DNA of 64,000 nucleotides from an uncultured Acidobacteriaceae bacterium (GCA_963759875.1 CAVXBB010000016.1:745579-809578), one strand, 5' to 3'; shown: positions 29,537-39,464, numbered from the stretch's first letter. Translations and numbers: made by a program. Notes: generated by a model not told the origin, from the letters alone.

Positions 29537-30148
29537 ATGAAACCAAAACCTGGGATGATCGCAGCATGTCGGGTTGCGGGAATCGTTGTCTTAATTTTGA
29601 CGACGCGTGCTGCTTGGTCGCAGAACGAGCATCCGCAGGGCAGAGGTTGGGACATCAGCGCATGGGTGAGCCTCGCTACAGGAGAAGAGAACACCAACTC
29701 CTTCCAAGAAGCACAGCTCTGGAGAGGGGGATTTTTTCTCGGCAAGGCGATTACCGGCGAGGCCGGCAATGGTCTGGCACGGGGGACTCTGGAGTACGCG
29801 TTCGATATTGTTCCGCTATGGGTGCAATCCAGACCTCGAGTGATTTACGGAGTTGGATTCGAGCCAGTGGTATTGCGGTGGAACTTCAGTGAGCACATAA
29901 ATCGCGTCCGACCTTATATCGAGCTCGCAGGCGGCGGCTTGTCCACGACCTCAAACCTTCCCGACGGAAACACTTCCAGTTTCAACTTCAGCGCCCGGGG
30001 AGGCGGCGGAATTAACATTCTCTCCGGCAAACGACAATCGTGGGATGTCGGCCTGTGCTGGCTTCACATATCCAACGCCAACCTTGGAGTTAGGAATCCA
30101 GAGTTTAACGGACTGGAACTCAGCGTCGGTTATCACTGGTTCAAATGA
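29537..30148 (+). CDS. PagL-like lipid A deacylase / acyloxyacyl hydrolase outer-membrane protein
   Basis: Start placed at Met 29537. Has a signal peptide, beta-barrel pattern, H-x-S-N motif (WLHISNA), and ends ...GYHWFK. Confidence 0.7.
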   Translation: MKPKPGMIAACRVAGIVVLILTTRAAWSQNEHPQGRGWDISAWVSLATGEENTNSFQEAQLWRGGFFLGKAITGEAGNGLARGTLEYAFDIVPLWVQSRPRVIYGVGFEPVVLRWNFSEHINRVRPYIELAGGGLSTTSNLPDGNTSSFNFSARGGGGINILSGKRQSWDVGLCWLHISNANLGVRNPEFNGLELSVGYHWFK

Positions 30149-30208
30149 GATCCAAGTGGTCGCGTGAACACGTTTCCGAGACTTGTCCTCGACTTCGAGC
30201 GTTTAATT

Positions 30209-30279
30209 GTTGCAAAATCCCGATTGCATTCATAATCCCCGCTCAGAGACGAAGAAATAGCGCAAGGTTGTAACGCCTG
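30209..30279 (+). repeat. 71-bp direct repeat, unit a
   Basis: GTTGCAAAATCCCGATTGCATTCATAATCCCCGCTCAGAGACGAAGAAATAGCGCA... recurs 373 bp downstream at about 85% identity. Confidence 0.8.
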
Positions 30280-30592
30280 ATAGAGGTAGTTATTGCACGA
30301 GGGATTAAATGCATCAACGAGGCCCCTGTAAGTTTTGACAGGTGTGCCAATTCCTTTTTTGCTATTAAAACAACTGCCGTGCAAAATGACGAGATACTTT
30401 TCCTTTGTGAGCTGATTGGCGTTCAACCACACAAGCAGAAGAGGGATTTGCTTCTTACGGAGATATTGAACCTGTTAGTTCAAAGACAGAGCGTCATCCA
30501 CGTTGAAGCTAACCGTGAGCCGGGCAGCCTGAACAGACGGCTCGAAAAGCCAATGCCCTGTTCGCATTTTCGCTAGTGGTAGTTGCAAAATC
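30274..30592 (+). repeat. 319-bp perfect inverted repeat, left copy
   Basis: Checked base by base: the reverse complement of 46520-46838 is identical, and both ends break sharply. Relatively AT-rich. Contains a 65-aa ORF of doubtful reality. Confidence 0.95.
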
Positions 30593-30653
30593 GCGATTGC
30601 ACTCATAATCCCCGCTCAGAGACGAAGAAAGAGCGCACGCTTGTGCTATCGCC
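30582..30653 (+). repeat. 71-bp direct repeat, unit b
   Basis: GTTGCAAAATCGCGATTGCACTCATAATCCCCGCTCAGAGACGAAGAAAGAGCGCA... runs into the IS1182-type left end. Confidence 0.8.
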
Positions 30654-32210
30654 TGTGTCTGTTGAAAAAGTCCATCAGTTGATGCTTGTGAGGGTATTAC
30701 GTTCGCGTTATAAGCAGGCCAGAGTTTCCGATGCTGCTGTTCACCGCTTCATTTGGGGGTCTGCTGCTCATGATGGGACAAAAATCCCGCGCGGAGTCGC
30801 TGTTTTATTACTTCCGCCTCGACGATCAGGTTCCTGAAAATCATCTGCTGCGCCTGATCGATCGCCATGTCAACTTCGAATTCATTCGAGCCAAGCTGAA
30901 GGACTCCTACAGCGATGTGGGAAGGCCATCGATCGACCCAGAACTGCTGTTGCGCATACTGCTGGTCGGTTATCTCTACGGGGTCACGAGCGAAAGGAAA
31001 CTGGTGGAAGAGCTACGCATGCATCTGGCGTGGCGTTGGTTCACCGGACTGGGTTTCGATCAGGAGATCCCTCACCACTCGACCTTTTCGAAGAATCGGC
31101 ATGGACGATTCCAGGAATCGAATCTATTTCAGGAGCTGTTTGAGGAGATCGTCACCCACTGCGTACAAGCCGGATTGGTGAAAGGCGAGCACATGTCGGT
31201 AGATGGCAGTTTCGTCCAGGCTAACGCCGATCATCACAGCCGCGTTCCTCGCGAGCACCTGGCAGAGGTGGCCAAGGTGAAGCGCACGGTGCGCGAGTAT
31301 CTGGCCGAACTGGAACAGGAGAATCCAGTCGAAGCTCCGGTTCCGCAGCAGGAGCAAGTCTCAACCACGGATCCGGATTCGACGTATGCGACCAAAGGCG
31401 GTCCGGCGCGACTGGGCTATTACGACAACTATTTGGTCGATAACAGCAGTTGCGTCATTGTAGGCGTGCAAGCTACCGCGGCGCGACTGAGTCACGAGAG
31501 CGCTGCGGCGCGTGACATGATCGAACGATATCGCGAACGTCACGGTTACCTGCCGCAGACACTGGCGGCAGATAACACCTACGGCAACGGTGAGCTTCTG
31601 CAGTGGCTGGATGAACGGGGCATAGCTCCTTACATCCGGGTGAAAGAAAACCCCAATGGGCCGAGTGATCTCTATGGCATCGAGAAGTTCACCTACGTAC
31701 CCGAAGAGAATTACTACATCTGCCCGGAAGGCAAGCCCCTGAAGTACGTCGGAATCAGTCGGCGCAACCGCACTCATCTTTATTACTCGACGGTAAAGCG
31801 TTGTCACGACTGCCCGCAGAAGAACCGCTGCACACGAGCCAGATTTCGGAGTCTCGCCATTCACACCTGTGAGCCGGCGCGGCAGCGCGCCTATGCTCTC
31901 GCCAAGACACCAGGGTTCGCGATCTCACAACGGGCTCGACGGAAGGTGGAAGCACTCTTTGCAGAACTGAAGAACCAGATCGGACTGCGTCGTTTGAGAT
32001 TGCGACGGATGCGGTTTGTACGCGAGCAGTTCTACCTGGCGGCCACGGTACAAAATCTCAAACGACTGGTGCGCTTCCTCAGCTCCAAGCCAACCCCGCA
32101 GAATGCAACTGCATGAACGTGGCAGAAAGAGGTAAGAAGCAAATCACCAGACACGGAGTAAAAGAAAAAGGCGCGCTGCGACTAGGAGTTTTTCAACAGA
32201 CACGCCTGTT
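30646..32210 (+). mobile_element. IS1182-type (IS5 superfamily) insertion sequence, copy 1
   Basis: Terminal inverted repeats ATCGCCTGTGTCTGTTGAAAAAG (left) and the complement of AACAGGCGTGTCTGTTGAAAAAC (right) flank a single transposase gene. Ends are good to about 5 nt. Confidence 0.75.
30731..32116 (+). CDS. IS1182-type DDE transposase
   Basis: 461-aa ORF with the InsH-type N-terminal domain (FYYFRLDDQVPENHLLRLID...GRPSIDPELLLRILLVGYLYG..SERKL) and a C-terminal ...EALFAELKNQIGLRRLRLRR. Confidence 0.9.
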   Translation: MLLFTASFGGLLLMMGQKSRAESLFYYFRLDDQVPENHLLRLIDRHVNFEFIRAKLKDSYSDVGRPSIDPELLLRILLVGYLYGVTSERKLVEELRMHLAWRWFTGLGFDQEIPHHSTFSKNRHGRFQESNLFQELFEEIVTHCVQAGLVKGEHMSVDGSFVQANADHHSRVPREHLAEVAKVKRTVREYLAELEQENPVEAPVPQQEQVSTTDPDSTYATKGGPARLGYYDNYLVDNSSCVIVGVQATAARLSHESAAARDMIERYRERHGYLPQTLAADNTYGNGELLQWLDERGIAPYIRVKENPNGPSDLYGIEKFTYVPEENYYICPEGKPLKYVGISRRNRTHLYYSTVKRCHDCPQKNRCTRARFRSLAIHTCEPARQRAYALAKTPGFAISQRARRKVEALFAELKNQIGLRRLRLRRMRFVREQFYLAATVQNLKRLVRFLSSKPTPQNATA

Positions 32211-32375
32211 AACAGCAGCTATACTGTTGCGCGACGATCCCATGGTGAAGCGAATTCTTCGCGGTGTCGTGAAAACTATCGCGCTCGTCGCGGCGCTCGT
32301 GTTTTTCTTCGATAACAGGGTCACCGGCACGGCGGGTACCGTGCCGCTCGGGTCAATCGTCGTCGCGGAATCGCC

Positions 32376-33344
32376 TTACTCGGCGGGCATCCACGTCTTG
32401 TCGGGGTTGTATTTCGACATGGCCGCCGCCACCTTTGCCGTGTCCGGCCCAAGGTCCTTCTGAAACGCCCTGCCATCCTGGTTGATGATGAAGGTCATCA
32501 CACCGGAGGTGCGGTACACCGCGGGATAGGCAAGAAACGCGACGCCGGTGGTCAGTACCCCATTCACCCTGTAGTCGCGGGCGCCGCCCCCCGCGGCCGG
32601 TCCTTGGCGGGTAAGAAGGCGAAACAGGTAGCCATGGAACGGGGTCGGCTCACCCGCCTTCCCGGTATAGCCTTCGTCCGACGCGCCTGCAAGCAGCGGC
32701 CCGACGGGACTGGGAGGCTCGTTGTCGGCGGTCTTCCAGTAGAGGCCGTCGTGCTTCCCTTCGGTGCTGAAGAGCTTGCTGGCGTAGTGCTTCACCTTTT
32801 CGTCATCGTGCGTGCTGGAGGCATACTCTTTCTGGGCATCGATCAGCGTTTCCAGGACTTCGATGGCGCTGTTCTCGTTATTGCCGATGCGCCGGTAGAG
32901 GATCTCCTGGATTCCGCTCTGGGTGTCGAAGTACCATGACCCGCCCGTGTTCTTCACGAGCGAGATGGGCATGGGCCAGTTGTCCGCCCCGATATAAAGC
33001 GTGGCAGTCTGGTCCGGCTCGATGACGACGCGATGCATCTGCTCATAGTGAGAGGCGAACTTTGCAATCAGGTTCTTGTCCGCCACGTCGTCGCCGGTGT
33101 GCAGGACTCTGTCCGCGTTCGAGCCGAAGATCGCCTTCAGGCTGCTGGAGTCATCGGACTTGGCCGCCTTGTAAAGGGCCAGCGCCCCGTCGCCGGGAGT
33201 GGAGAAAGTCTTCTCATTCACCGCCTGCGCACGGGAACCGGAAGGATAAGAGAGACAGAACAGGATCAAGACGGCCAGACACAGCACTACGGTGCCCAGG
33301 TGATCGGGCGATGGCCTTTCGTGAAGTTGCAACGTACGTTTCAC
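32376..33344 (-). CDS. secreted DUF2950-family protein
   Basis: GTG start at 33344, 7 nt after AGGAGG. Has a signal peptide. PFHGYLFRLLTRQGPAAGGGARDYRVNG...GVMTFIINQDGRAFQKDLGPDT fits my memory of DUF2950. Confidence 0.7.
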   Translation of the reverse strand: MKRTLQLHERPSPDHLGTVVLCLAVLILFCLSYPSGSRAQAVNEKTFSTPGDGALALYKAAKSDDSSSLKAIFGSNADRVLHTGDDVADKNLIAKFASHYEQMHRVVIEPDQTATLYIGADNWPMPISLVKNTGGSWYFDTQSGIQEILYRRIGNNENSAIEVLETLIDAQKEYASSTHDDEKVKHYASKLFSTEGKHDGLYWKTADNEPPSPVGPLLAGASDEGYTGKAGEPTPFHGYLFRLLTRQGPAAGGGARDYRVNGVLTTGVAFLAYPAVYRTSGVMTFIINQDGRAFQKDLGPDTAKVAAAMSKYNPDKTWMPAE

Positions 33345-33509
33345 TGAGTTCCTCCTGACTTTTCGGGTTGCGGATACATCCTGGGCCAGAACCTGGACTG
33401 CCGGATCGGCGACATCCGCCTGACCATCTCGCGGCCACCGCTGCTGTGTCCCCCTGATCGCGACCGAGGTGCATCGAGCGGAGAGACTCACCGACCCCCT
33501 GGCTCCGCG

Positions 33510-34782
33510 TTACCTTTTGGGACGGCCACCGCCACCGCCGCGATTGCCGCCGCCTCCTCCTCCGCCACCACGGGTCTGGGCTGTATTGCCGCCGCCGCGG
33601 TTGCCGCCGCCATTCACGCTCTGCTGGCCCCGGGCTCTGTCGTTGCGGGCGTTGCCGCCCTGCTGGTAATTCCCCATCGCGTTGTTACTGGCTCCACGGT
33701 TCGGCTGATTGCCGTAACCCCGCTGTTCCGTGCGCTGGTTGCCGACTCCCTGGTTACGCCTCTGATCGAACTGCGGACTGTTGCCCCGGTTCAGGTCGTT
33801 GCGATTGACGTTGTTCGCGTTGATTGTTGCGATTGATTCTCGATTGACGTTGTTCCGATTCACGTTGTTGTTAATTGGCGTTGTTGTAGTTGTTTCGATT
33901 GACGAACGTATTGGAGTTGGAAATGTAGACATTGTTGTTGTAGTGCACGCTGGAGTTATTCCAGCCGGTGTTCCAGGAGTTATAGCCCCATCCGCAGCAA
34001 TTGTTGTTGTTGTTGATCGCCGCGCCCACCAACATGCCAACACCGAAGGAGACTAGGCCGGTGGTCACCATCGCCTCAGTGGAGTAACCCGGCGGCGGCG
34101 GGACGGGGGCGCCGTAAACTGCGGTGGGATTGTAGCTGGGCACATACACAACGTCTGGCTGTGCCGGCTGAATCACGATCGTCTGCGGCGGAGACTGCAC
34201 AACCGTCACCTGCTGCTCCTCGCCTGAGGACGCCGCAACGGGCTCGGTTCCCGCAGGCTGATTCTCGACCTGAACGTTCTGCTGGGGGGTCGATTTCAGA
34301 TTGCCTGCCTGGTAGGCCCTCTGGCGCATCACCTGCACGGCGTTCATCACGTTTTGGGGCGCATTGAAATACGCATCGCCCAGGGACGAGGTCCACGACA
34401 GGTTAGTGGCCATCTGCTGCAATACGTCAGAGAACTCGGTAAGCCCTTTGACGCTGACGTCCCACGGCTGCTGATCCACCGTTTGCATCAGCTGCGGGCC
34501 CTTGAGCCCCCCGTTCTGTTGCATCCACTGCCAGGCCGCGGTGATCTGGTCTGGGTAAGTCGCACTCGCAAGCACTATGGCCACCAGGTTGTCCGGGAAC
34601 AAGGCGATCGGAGCCACGAGCTGGTAGAGCTGGTCTGGAGTCGGCATGGCATAGGTGGTGGTGGGCGCCTGCGCCTGCTGCCCGGCTTGCGATTCCTTTT
34701 TTTTGCAGCCGTCGAGCCCCATCGAACTGACCAACAAAGCGACGGAAGTTACAACGGCAATGAGTTGCTGGGAGTTAGGCAT
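33510..34782 (-). pseudogene. DUF3300-family protein, one frame break in the Asn/Gly/Arg-rich tail
   Basis: LVAPIALFPDNLVAIVLASATYPDQITAAWQW...WDVSVKGLTEFSDVLQQM...LGDAYF. The frame stops at TAA 33871-33873 and the tail continues in ORF 33510..34043. The shift lies in TTAATT at 33871-33876. Confidence 0.7.
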
Positions 34783-34958
34783 CGAAGTTCCCCGAAACGG
34801 AACATACTCGCAATGGGAATCGCTTGAAACCTGTCAATATTGCTAGAAATGGTGCCCAATTTCTGACGCTTGCCGCCGATTGCGGACAGAGGGCTGTCGG
34901 CGGTCGGCTGTTGCCAACACACGAACAAGTAAGAGTCCTCTTGCCCGTCTTCAAGAAT

Positions 34959-35255
34959 ATGGAGCGTCGTTACCGCCTTATCTGCCCAGAGTGCGGACAC
35001 GAATTCTGGGCAGGGCCGAAGCTGACTAAAACGAGCGTGTTTGATGGAGGCGTGAAGGGATTCCGCTGTCCGGGCAAGAACTGTGACGCACTCGTCGCTT
35101 GGGAGCAAGACAATGAAACTCACGGAAGCGTATTAATCGTCGCGGCAGTGATAGGGGCTGCACGATTGGTTCTTCTTATGAATGAGAAGAACGACGCCAG
35201 CACTAAACAGAAGGCGCTCGCAAGTTCAAATCCCGTCCGAAGTAGCAGGTGGTAA
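34959..35255 (+). CDS. small zinc-ribbon protein with C-terminal TM helix
   Basis: From Met 34959: MERRYRLICPECGHEFWAG...FRCPGKNCDALVAW...VLIVAAVIGAARLVLLM. Confidence 0.45.
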   Translation: MERRYRLICPECGHEFWAGPKLTKTSVFDGGVKGFRCPGKNCDALVAWEQDNETHGSVLIVAAVIGAARLVLLMNEKNDASTKQKALASSNPVRSSRW

Positions 35256-35295
35256 CACGCTGCGAGCACCGACGGATTAATTCTAAGTAGGGTAG

Positions 35296-35545
35296 CAAAT
35301 CACGGAACCAAACTTCTGCTCGGAATGGCTTACCGTTAAAGAGGTCGCAACCTACCTTAAGGTGAAGCCTCGCACCCTACTGCTGTGGGTACGCCGAGGG
35401 AGAGTGAAAGCCTTTGCACTACCGGGGTACAAAGCGGCGGGTCTGGCGCTTCCGGCAAGCCGACTTGGACGCAACCTTTCTGGAATCCCCCGTGCTACTA
35501 TCCCTTACGCCATCTGTGCGCCCTGCTGAAAGGACGGATCAATGA
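35296..35545 (+). pseudogene. excisionase-family (HTH_17) DNA-binding gene, no start codon and one frame break
   Basis: WLTVKEVATYLKVKPRTLLLWVRRGRVKAFALPG, then in the next frame TKRRVWRFRQADLDATFLES. The open frame begins right after a TAG with no ATG, GTG or TTG. Confidence 0.5.
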
Positions 35546-35904
35546 AAACGGCAGCACGGCACAAAACAGGAAGTATAAGTTGATCATTAGGCTGAAATCT
35601 TAAGTCTAGAGGTGGGGCAAGTCAATGAAGATGAGGAAGTTGGCGGTTTCTCGATGCGATGGTTGATGAAAAATCGCGATATCGCTCAAACCCCCGCTCC
35701 CGGGCGAATAGACGGCGCAAGATTGTGAGCCTGGTTACAACAGCTATCCGCAATTTCGCGATGCCGACCGCATCCCTCCGACTTGCGTGCTGAAACACTG
35801 TCATTACTGACAGTCCCCGAACCCAGCCGAATGTATTGAGATGGAGCGGAAAAAAGGCCCGTAATTCTTGACCTAGAACACTAACCATCCTTGGGAGAGG
35901 CTCT

Positions 35905-36642
35905 GTGGCTCACGCAATCAGTCTGCCCAAAGTATCTGGAGTAATCCGAGTCTTGGCCGTCGATAGCAACCGGATGAATAGCCAGGGTTTGGCAACGGCT
36001 CTGGACCGGGATGGGCGCTTTCAGATGCTGGATGCACCGGAGGACGCGCGTGGTATTCTCGCCACAATCCTCAAAGAAAAACCTTCCGTAGTAGTGATCG
36101 GCGGTAAAGTAGACGGCGACGCACGCAAGGGATTTGAGGTCGTAAGGGAACTGCGCGGAGTGCGTCCCGAGACACGCGTGATCATGTTGCTGGATTCGGG
36201 CGAGCGCAGCCAGGTCATTGAAGCCTTCCGGGCCGGTGCAAGAGGAGTATTTTCGCGCAACGAATCGCTGAAATTGTTGGCGAAATGTATCTACTGCGTG
36301 CATCAGGGCCAGATTTGGGCCAACAGCATAGAGCTCCGTTATTTGACGGATGCGCTCGGCGAAGCGGTGCCGTTGCGAGTAGTTGACGCCAAGGGAACCG
36401 AGTTGCTCTCACTTCGCGAACAGGAAGTCGTACGATGTGTCGCGGAAGGTATGTCGAACCGTGAAATTGCCCAGCGTCTTGGCCTGACCGAGCACACCGT
36501 CAAAAATTACCTCTTCCGTATCTTTGACAAGCTGGGAGTTTCCAAGCGGGTGGAGGTCGTCCTGTATGCCTACAGCCTAGGCGGGGTTCCGGGTATGGAG
36601 CCTCCGCCTACCAAACCAAACGGGAAGCGCTTGCCGCTATAA
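35905..36642 (+). CDS. LuxR/NarL-type response regulator with atypical receiver
   Basis: 245-aa ORF with C-terminal HTH LSLREQEVVRCVAEGMSNREIAQRLGLTEHTVKNYLFRIFDKLGV. The receiver has Gly where the phospho-Asp is expected (PSVVVIGGKVDGD). Confidence 0.8.
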   Translation: MAHAISLPKVSGVIRVLAVDSNRMNSQGLATALDRDGRFQMLDAPEDARGILATILKEKPSVVVIGGKVDGDARKGFEVVRELRGVRPETRVIMLLDSGERSQVIEAFRAGARGVFSRNESLKLLAKCIYCVHQGQIWANSIELRYLTDALGEAVPLRVVDAKGTELLSLREQEVVRCVAEGMSNREIAQRLGLTEHTVKNYLFRIFDKLGVSKRVEVVLYAYSLGGVPGMEPPPTKPNGKRLPL

Positions 36643-37024
36643 CGCCCATTGAGGTGAATGAGCGCTATCGCTGTTCTCGACATCTGGGAAATGCACGAAG
36701 CCAGCATCTAAGTCAGGCAGCTTTGACCTCTTGCCTCCCGCTCTGCAGGAGAGCGATCGCTTCCTCAATCCGCTCCAAAGCCCGGGGATCAAACAATTGC
36801 GGGTTTGCGGTTGCCTCTTGGCGCATTTGGTGCAAAATTATCAGCACGTACTCCGTATCTTCGCTTAGGCGATCCACCATCTACCCCTTGGCCGAATTAC
36901 TAAAATAGGGTAAGTAGCGATGAGATTTGGGACACTGCTAGAAGTAACAGCTTGCGGCTGAATCTGTGCAATCTTGCGCACTAATGGCTGATTTCAATCT
37001 TAGGGTCGCAACGTGAACCAGGAA

Positions 37025-37666
37025 CTAGGCAGCAACGAGGCGGTTTCTTATTGCATAGCGTACGAGCTCGGAGTTGCTCTTTGCGCCAAGAATGTCCATA
37101 ATCCGGTACTTGTGAAAGGCTACCGTCCGGACTGTCATATTCAGGATATCGCCAATCTCCTTCATTGTTTTTCCTTCCGCAAGCAGCTGCAGAACTTCCC
37201 TCTGTCTTTCCGTAAGGCGTTCTGCCTCTGCTAACAGTTTTTTCTGCTTCCAGCGTAGGTAAGTGACTTTCTCCTTGAGAGCCGGTGATATATACGTTTT
37301 GCCCCTCAGCACCTCTCGAACAGCAACCACCAACTCGGAGGCGGTGCAGGTTTTCAGCAGATAGCCGGACGCACCTCGGTGCAAGGCCTCCAACGCCAGT
37401 TCGGGGTCGGTATTCATGGTGAGATACACGAGCTTGACCGCATGCAATGCTTCCTTCACCTGTTTCCCGGCATCGAGTCCGTTCAGGATAGGCATGGCAA
37501 TATCAATTACGATTACGTCTGGCTTTAACTTCGTGGATTCGCACAGCAAGTCGCGTCCGTTTGCGACTGTACCAACCACATCAAATTCGGTCTCCAACAG
37601 TTGCTTGCAGAGTTCTGCCACAAGGCTGTGATCGTCAGCAATTAGAATACGAGGGCGATTGCGCAT
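37025..37666 (-). CDS. NarL/FixJ-type response regulator
   Basis: 213-aa ORF with a canonical receiver (ILIADDH...PDVIVIDIAMPILNG) and a LuxR HTH (LTERQREVLQLLAEGKTMKEIGDILNMTVRTVAFHKYRIM). Confidence 0.9.
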   Translation of the reverse strand: MRNRPRILIADDHSLVAELCKQLLETEFDVVGTVANGRDLLCESTKLKPDVIVIDIAMPILNGLDAGKQVKEALHAVKLVYLTMNTDPELALEALHRGASGYLLKTCTASELVVAVREVLRGKTYISPALKEKVTYLRWKQKKLLAEAERLTERQREVLQLLAEGKTMKEIGDILNMTVRTVAFHKYRIMDILGAKSNSELVRYAIRNRLVAA

Positions 37667-37794
37667 CGTGTGCTCCTACTTGAGAACTAATGTATCCTCG
37701 CGGCAAAATCCTGCCAACATTTCTCTTTTGTTGTGAATTTAAATCACAGCAGGGCTCAACATTAGAGCACACTCTTGTTAACAGTATGTGAATT

Positions 37795-37840
37795 CCCTGG
37801 ATTGGTAGTGGCTGAATTTCAGCCACTACCCCTGGATTGG
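37795..37840. repeat. perfect 13-bp-stem palindrome flanked by an 11-bp direct repeat
   Basis: CCCTGGATTGG-TAGTGGCTGAATTTCAGCCACTA-CCCCTGGATTGG. The stem GGTAGTGGCTGAA/TTCAGCCACTACC spans 37804-37830. Confidence 0.85.
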
Positions 37841-37869
37841 GGCCAGGACCTCCTCGGATGGTTGGCGTT

Positions 37870-39432
37870 AAATCGCGTGGCTGTTGAAAAACCCTGCGAC
37901 AGGAACATCGCTTGCTTGCTGTTGGGTGTGCGAACCTCTGTTTCTCGCGTCGCCTAGGTGGTGATTGCCGGAGCAGGTGTTAAGGGCTGGCTGAGGTATC
38001 GCACCAATCGCTTGATATTCTGCGCCGCCGCTGCCAGCAAGAACTGCTCGCGCACAAACTTCAGTCTCCGCAGGCGTAAGCGGCGCAGTCCGATCTGATT
38101 CTTTAGCTCGGCGAACAAAGCTTCCACCTTTTTTCTTTGCCGCTGTGCCTTGGCAAAGTCAGGCGTGTTTACCAACTCGCGTGCGCGCTGCCGGGCCGGT
38201 TCGTGCTGATGGATGACCAAGCAACGGAAAGCCGCGCTGGTGCACTGCGGCCGGAGCTGACAAGACCCGCAGCGTTTGCGGGTGCCGATGTAGGTCCAGG
38301 CGTGATTGCGATGACTTCGACCACCGTAATTCAGGGGCTGACCGGCAGGGCAGATATAGCGATCGTGTTCCGGTTCGTAAGTGAAACGCTCGGGAGCGAA
38401 GAAAGGACTCCGCTTTCTGTGGATGCTGTCGCGGGTTCGCATATACGGGATGATGTTCCGATCCGCCAACCACTGTAAGAACTCCCCGTTTCCGTATGTG
38501 GTGTCGGCCGCTACCGATTCTGGCTTGCGTCCTTGCCACTCTGCGAAACGGGTCAGCATATCTTGTGCGGCTACCGTCTCCTGGCTCATGCGTGCGGCTG
38601 TCGCCTGCACGCCCACAATCACGCAGCTTTTGTTGTCTACCAGATAATTGTCGTAGTAACCGAGACGGGCTGGTGTTCCGCCTTTCGTGGCATAGGTCGA
38701 ATCGGGATCTGTGGTCGATACTTGCTCCTGCTGATGCACCGGTTCCTCTACCGGGTTCTGCTCTTCCACTTCCTTCAGATACTGGCGCACACTGTGATGA
38801 ACCTGTGCTGCTTCTGCCAGCTGCTCGCGCGGAATCCGACTCTCCTTGGCCGCGCTCGCCTCCACGAAGCTGCCATCGACCGACAGGTGCTTGCCCTGCA
38901 CCAGTCCCACTTCCACACACTGCCGCACGATCTGCTCAAACAACTGCTCGAACAATTTCGAGTCCTCAAATCGTCCGTGCCGGTTCTTGGAAAACGTCGA
39001 GTGATGCGGGATCTCCTGATCGAAGCCGAGGCCGGTGAACCAGCGCCAGGCCAGATGCATGCGCAGCTCTTCCACCAGCTTGCGCTCGCTGGTGATTCCG
39101 TAGAGATAGCCGATCAGCAGAATGCGTAACAGGAGTTCGGGATCGATCGAGGGCCGCCCGGTCTCACTGTAGCTGTCTTTCAGTCGCTGCCGTACAAACT
39201 CGAAACCGATGTGCTTGTCGATGAGCCGCAGCAGATGGTTTTCAGGAACCTGATCGTCCAGACGGAAGTAGTAGAACAATGCTTCTGAGCGGGCGTGGTA
39301 CCCCATCATAATCAGCAGGCCTCCGGGAATCGAAATCCAGCGCAGCATGTGAAGAGATGATTCCTTCTAACATGCTTTCGCTAACTCTCGCCCGCCCATC
39401 CCAGTGACTTTTTCAACACCCACAGGCGATTT
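37870..39432 (-). mobile_element. IS1182-type insertion sequence, copy 2 (diverged from copy 1)
   Basis: Inverted ends AAATCGCGTGGCTGTTGAAAAA (37870-) and the complement of AAATCGCCTGTGGGTGTTGAAAAAG (-39432). Confidence 0.75.
37954..39348 (-). CDS. IS1182-type DDE transposase
   Basis: 464-aa ORF, colinear with the 30731..32116 product and clearly similar across the stretches compared by eye. The nucleotide sequences are clearly diverged. Confidence 0.9.
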   Translation of the reverse strand: MLRWISIPGGLLIMMGYHARSEALFYYFRLDDQVPENHLLRLIDKHIGFEFVRQRLKDSYSETGRPSIDPELLLRILLIGYLYGITSERKLVEELRMHLAWRWFTGLGFDQEIPHHSTFSKNRHGRFEDSKLFEQLFEQIVRQCVEVGLVQGKHLSVDGSFVEASAAKESRIPREQLAEAAQVHHSVRQYLKEVEEQNPVEEPVHQQEQVSTTDPDSTYATKGGTPARLGYYDNYLVDNKSCVIVGVQATAARMSQETVAAQDMLTRFAEWQGRKPESVAADTTYGNGEFLQWLADRNIIPYMRTRDSIHRKRSPFFAPERFTYEPEHDRYICPAGQPLNYGGRSHRNHAWTYIGTRKRCGSCQLRPQCTSAAFRCLVIHQHEPARQRARELVNTPDFAKAQRQRKKVEALFAELKNQIGLRRLRLRRLKFVREQFLLAAAAQNIKRLVRYLSQPLTPAPAITT

Positions 39433-39464
39433 CACTCAAAACCCCTGCCGCGGTCATTTTGAGT
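39424..39464 (+). repeat. hairpin repeat AGGCGATTT(C/G)ACTCAAAA-loop-TTTTGAGT, copy 1
   Basis: AGGCGATTTCACTCAAAACCCCTGCCGCGGTCATTTTGAGT. Its first 9 nt overlap the IS1182-type terminus. Confidence 0.7.

Noticed and set aside
30379-30576. 65-aa ORF present identically in both copies of the 319-bp inverted repeat (also 46536..46733).
   Set aside because: No convincing RBS and no recognisable family. The identity is explained by the DNA repeat itself. Kept only as a note under the repeat finding.
38159-39129. Several 180-250-aa ORFs in alternative frames or strands within IS1182-type copy 2.
   Set aside because: They overlap the 464-aa transposase frame, which has full-length similarity to the copy-1 transposase.
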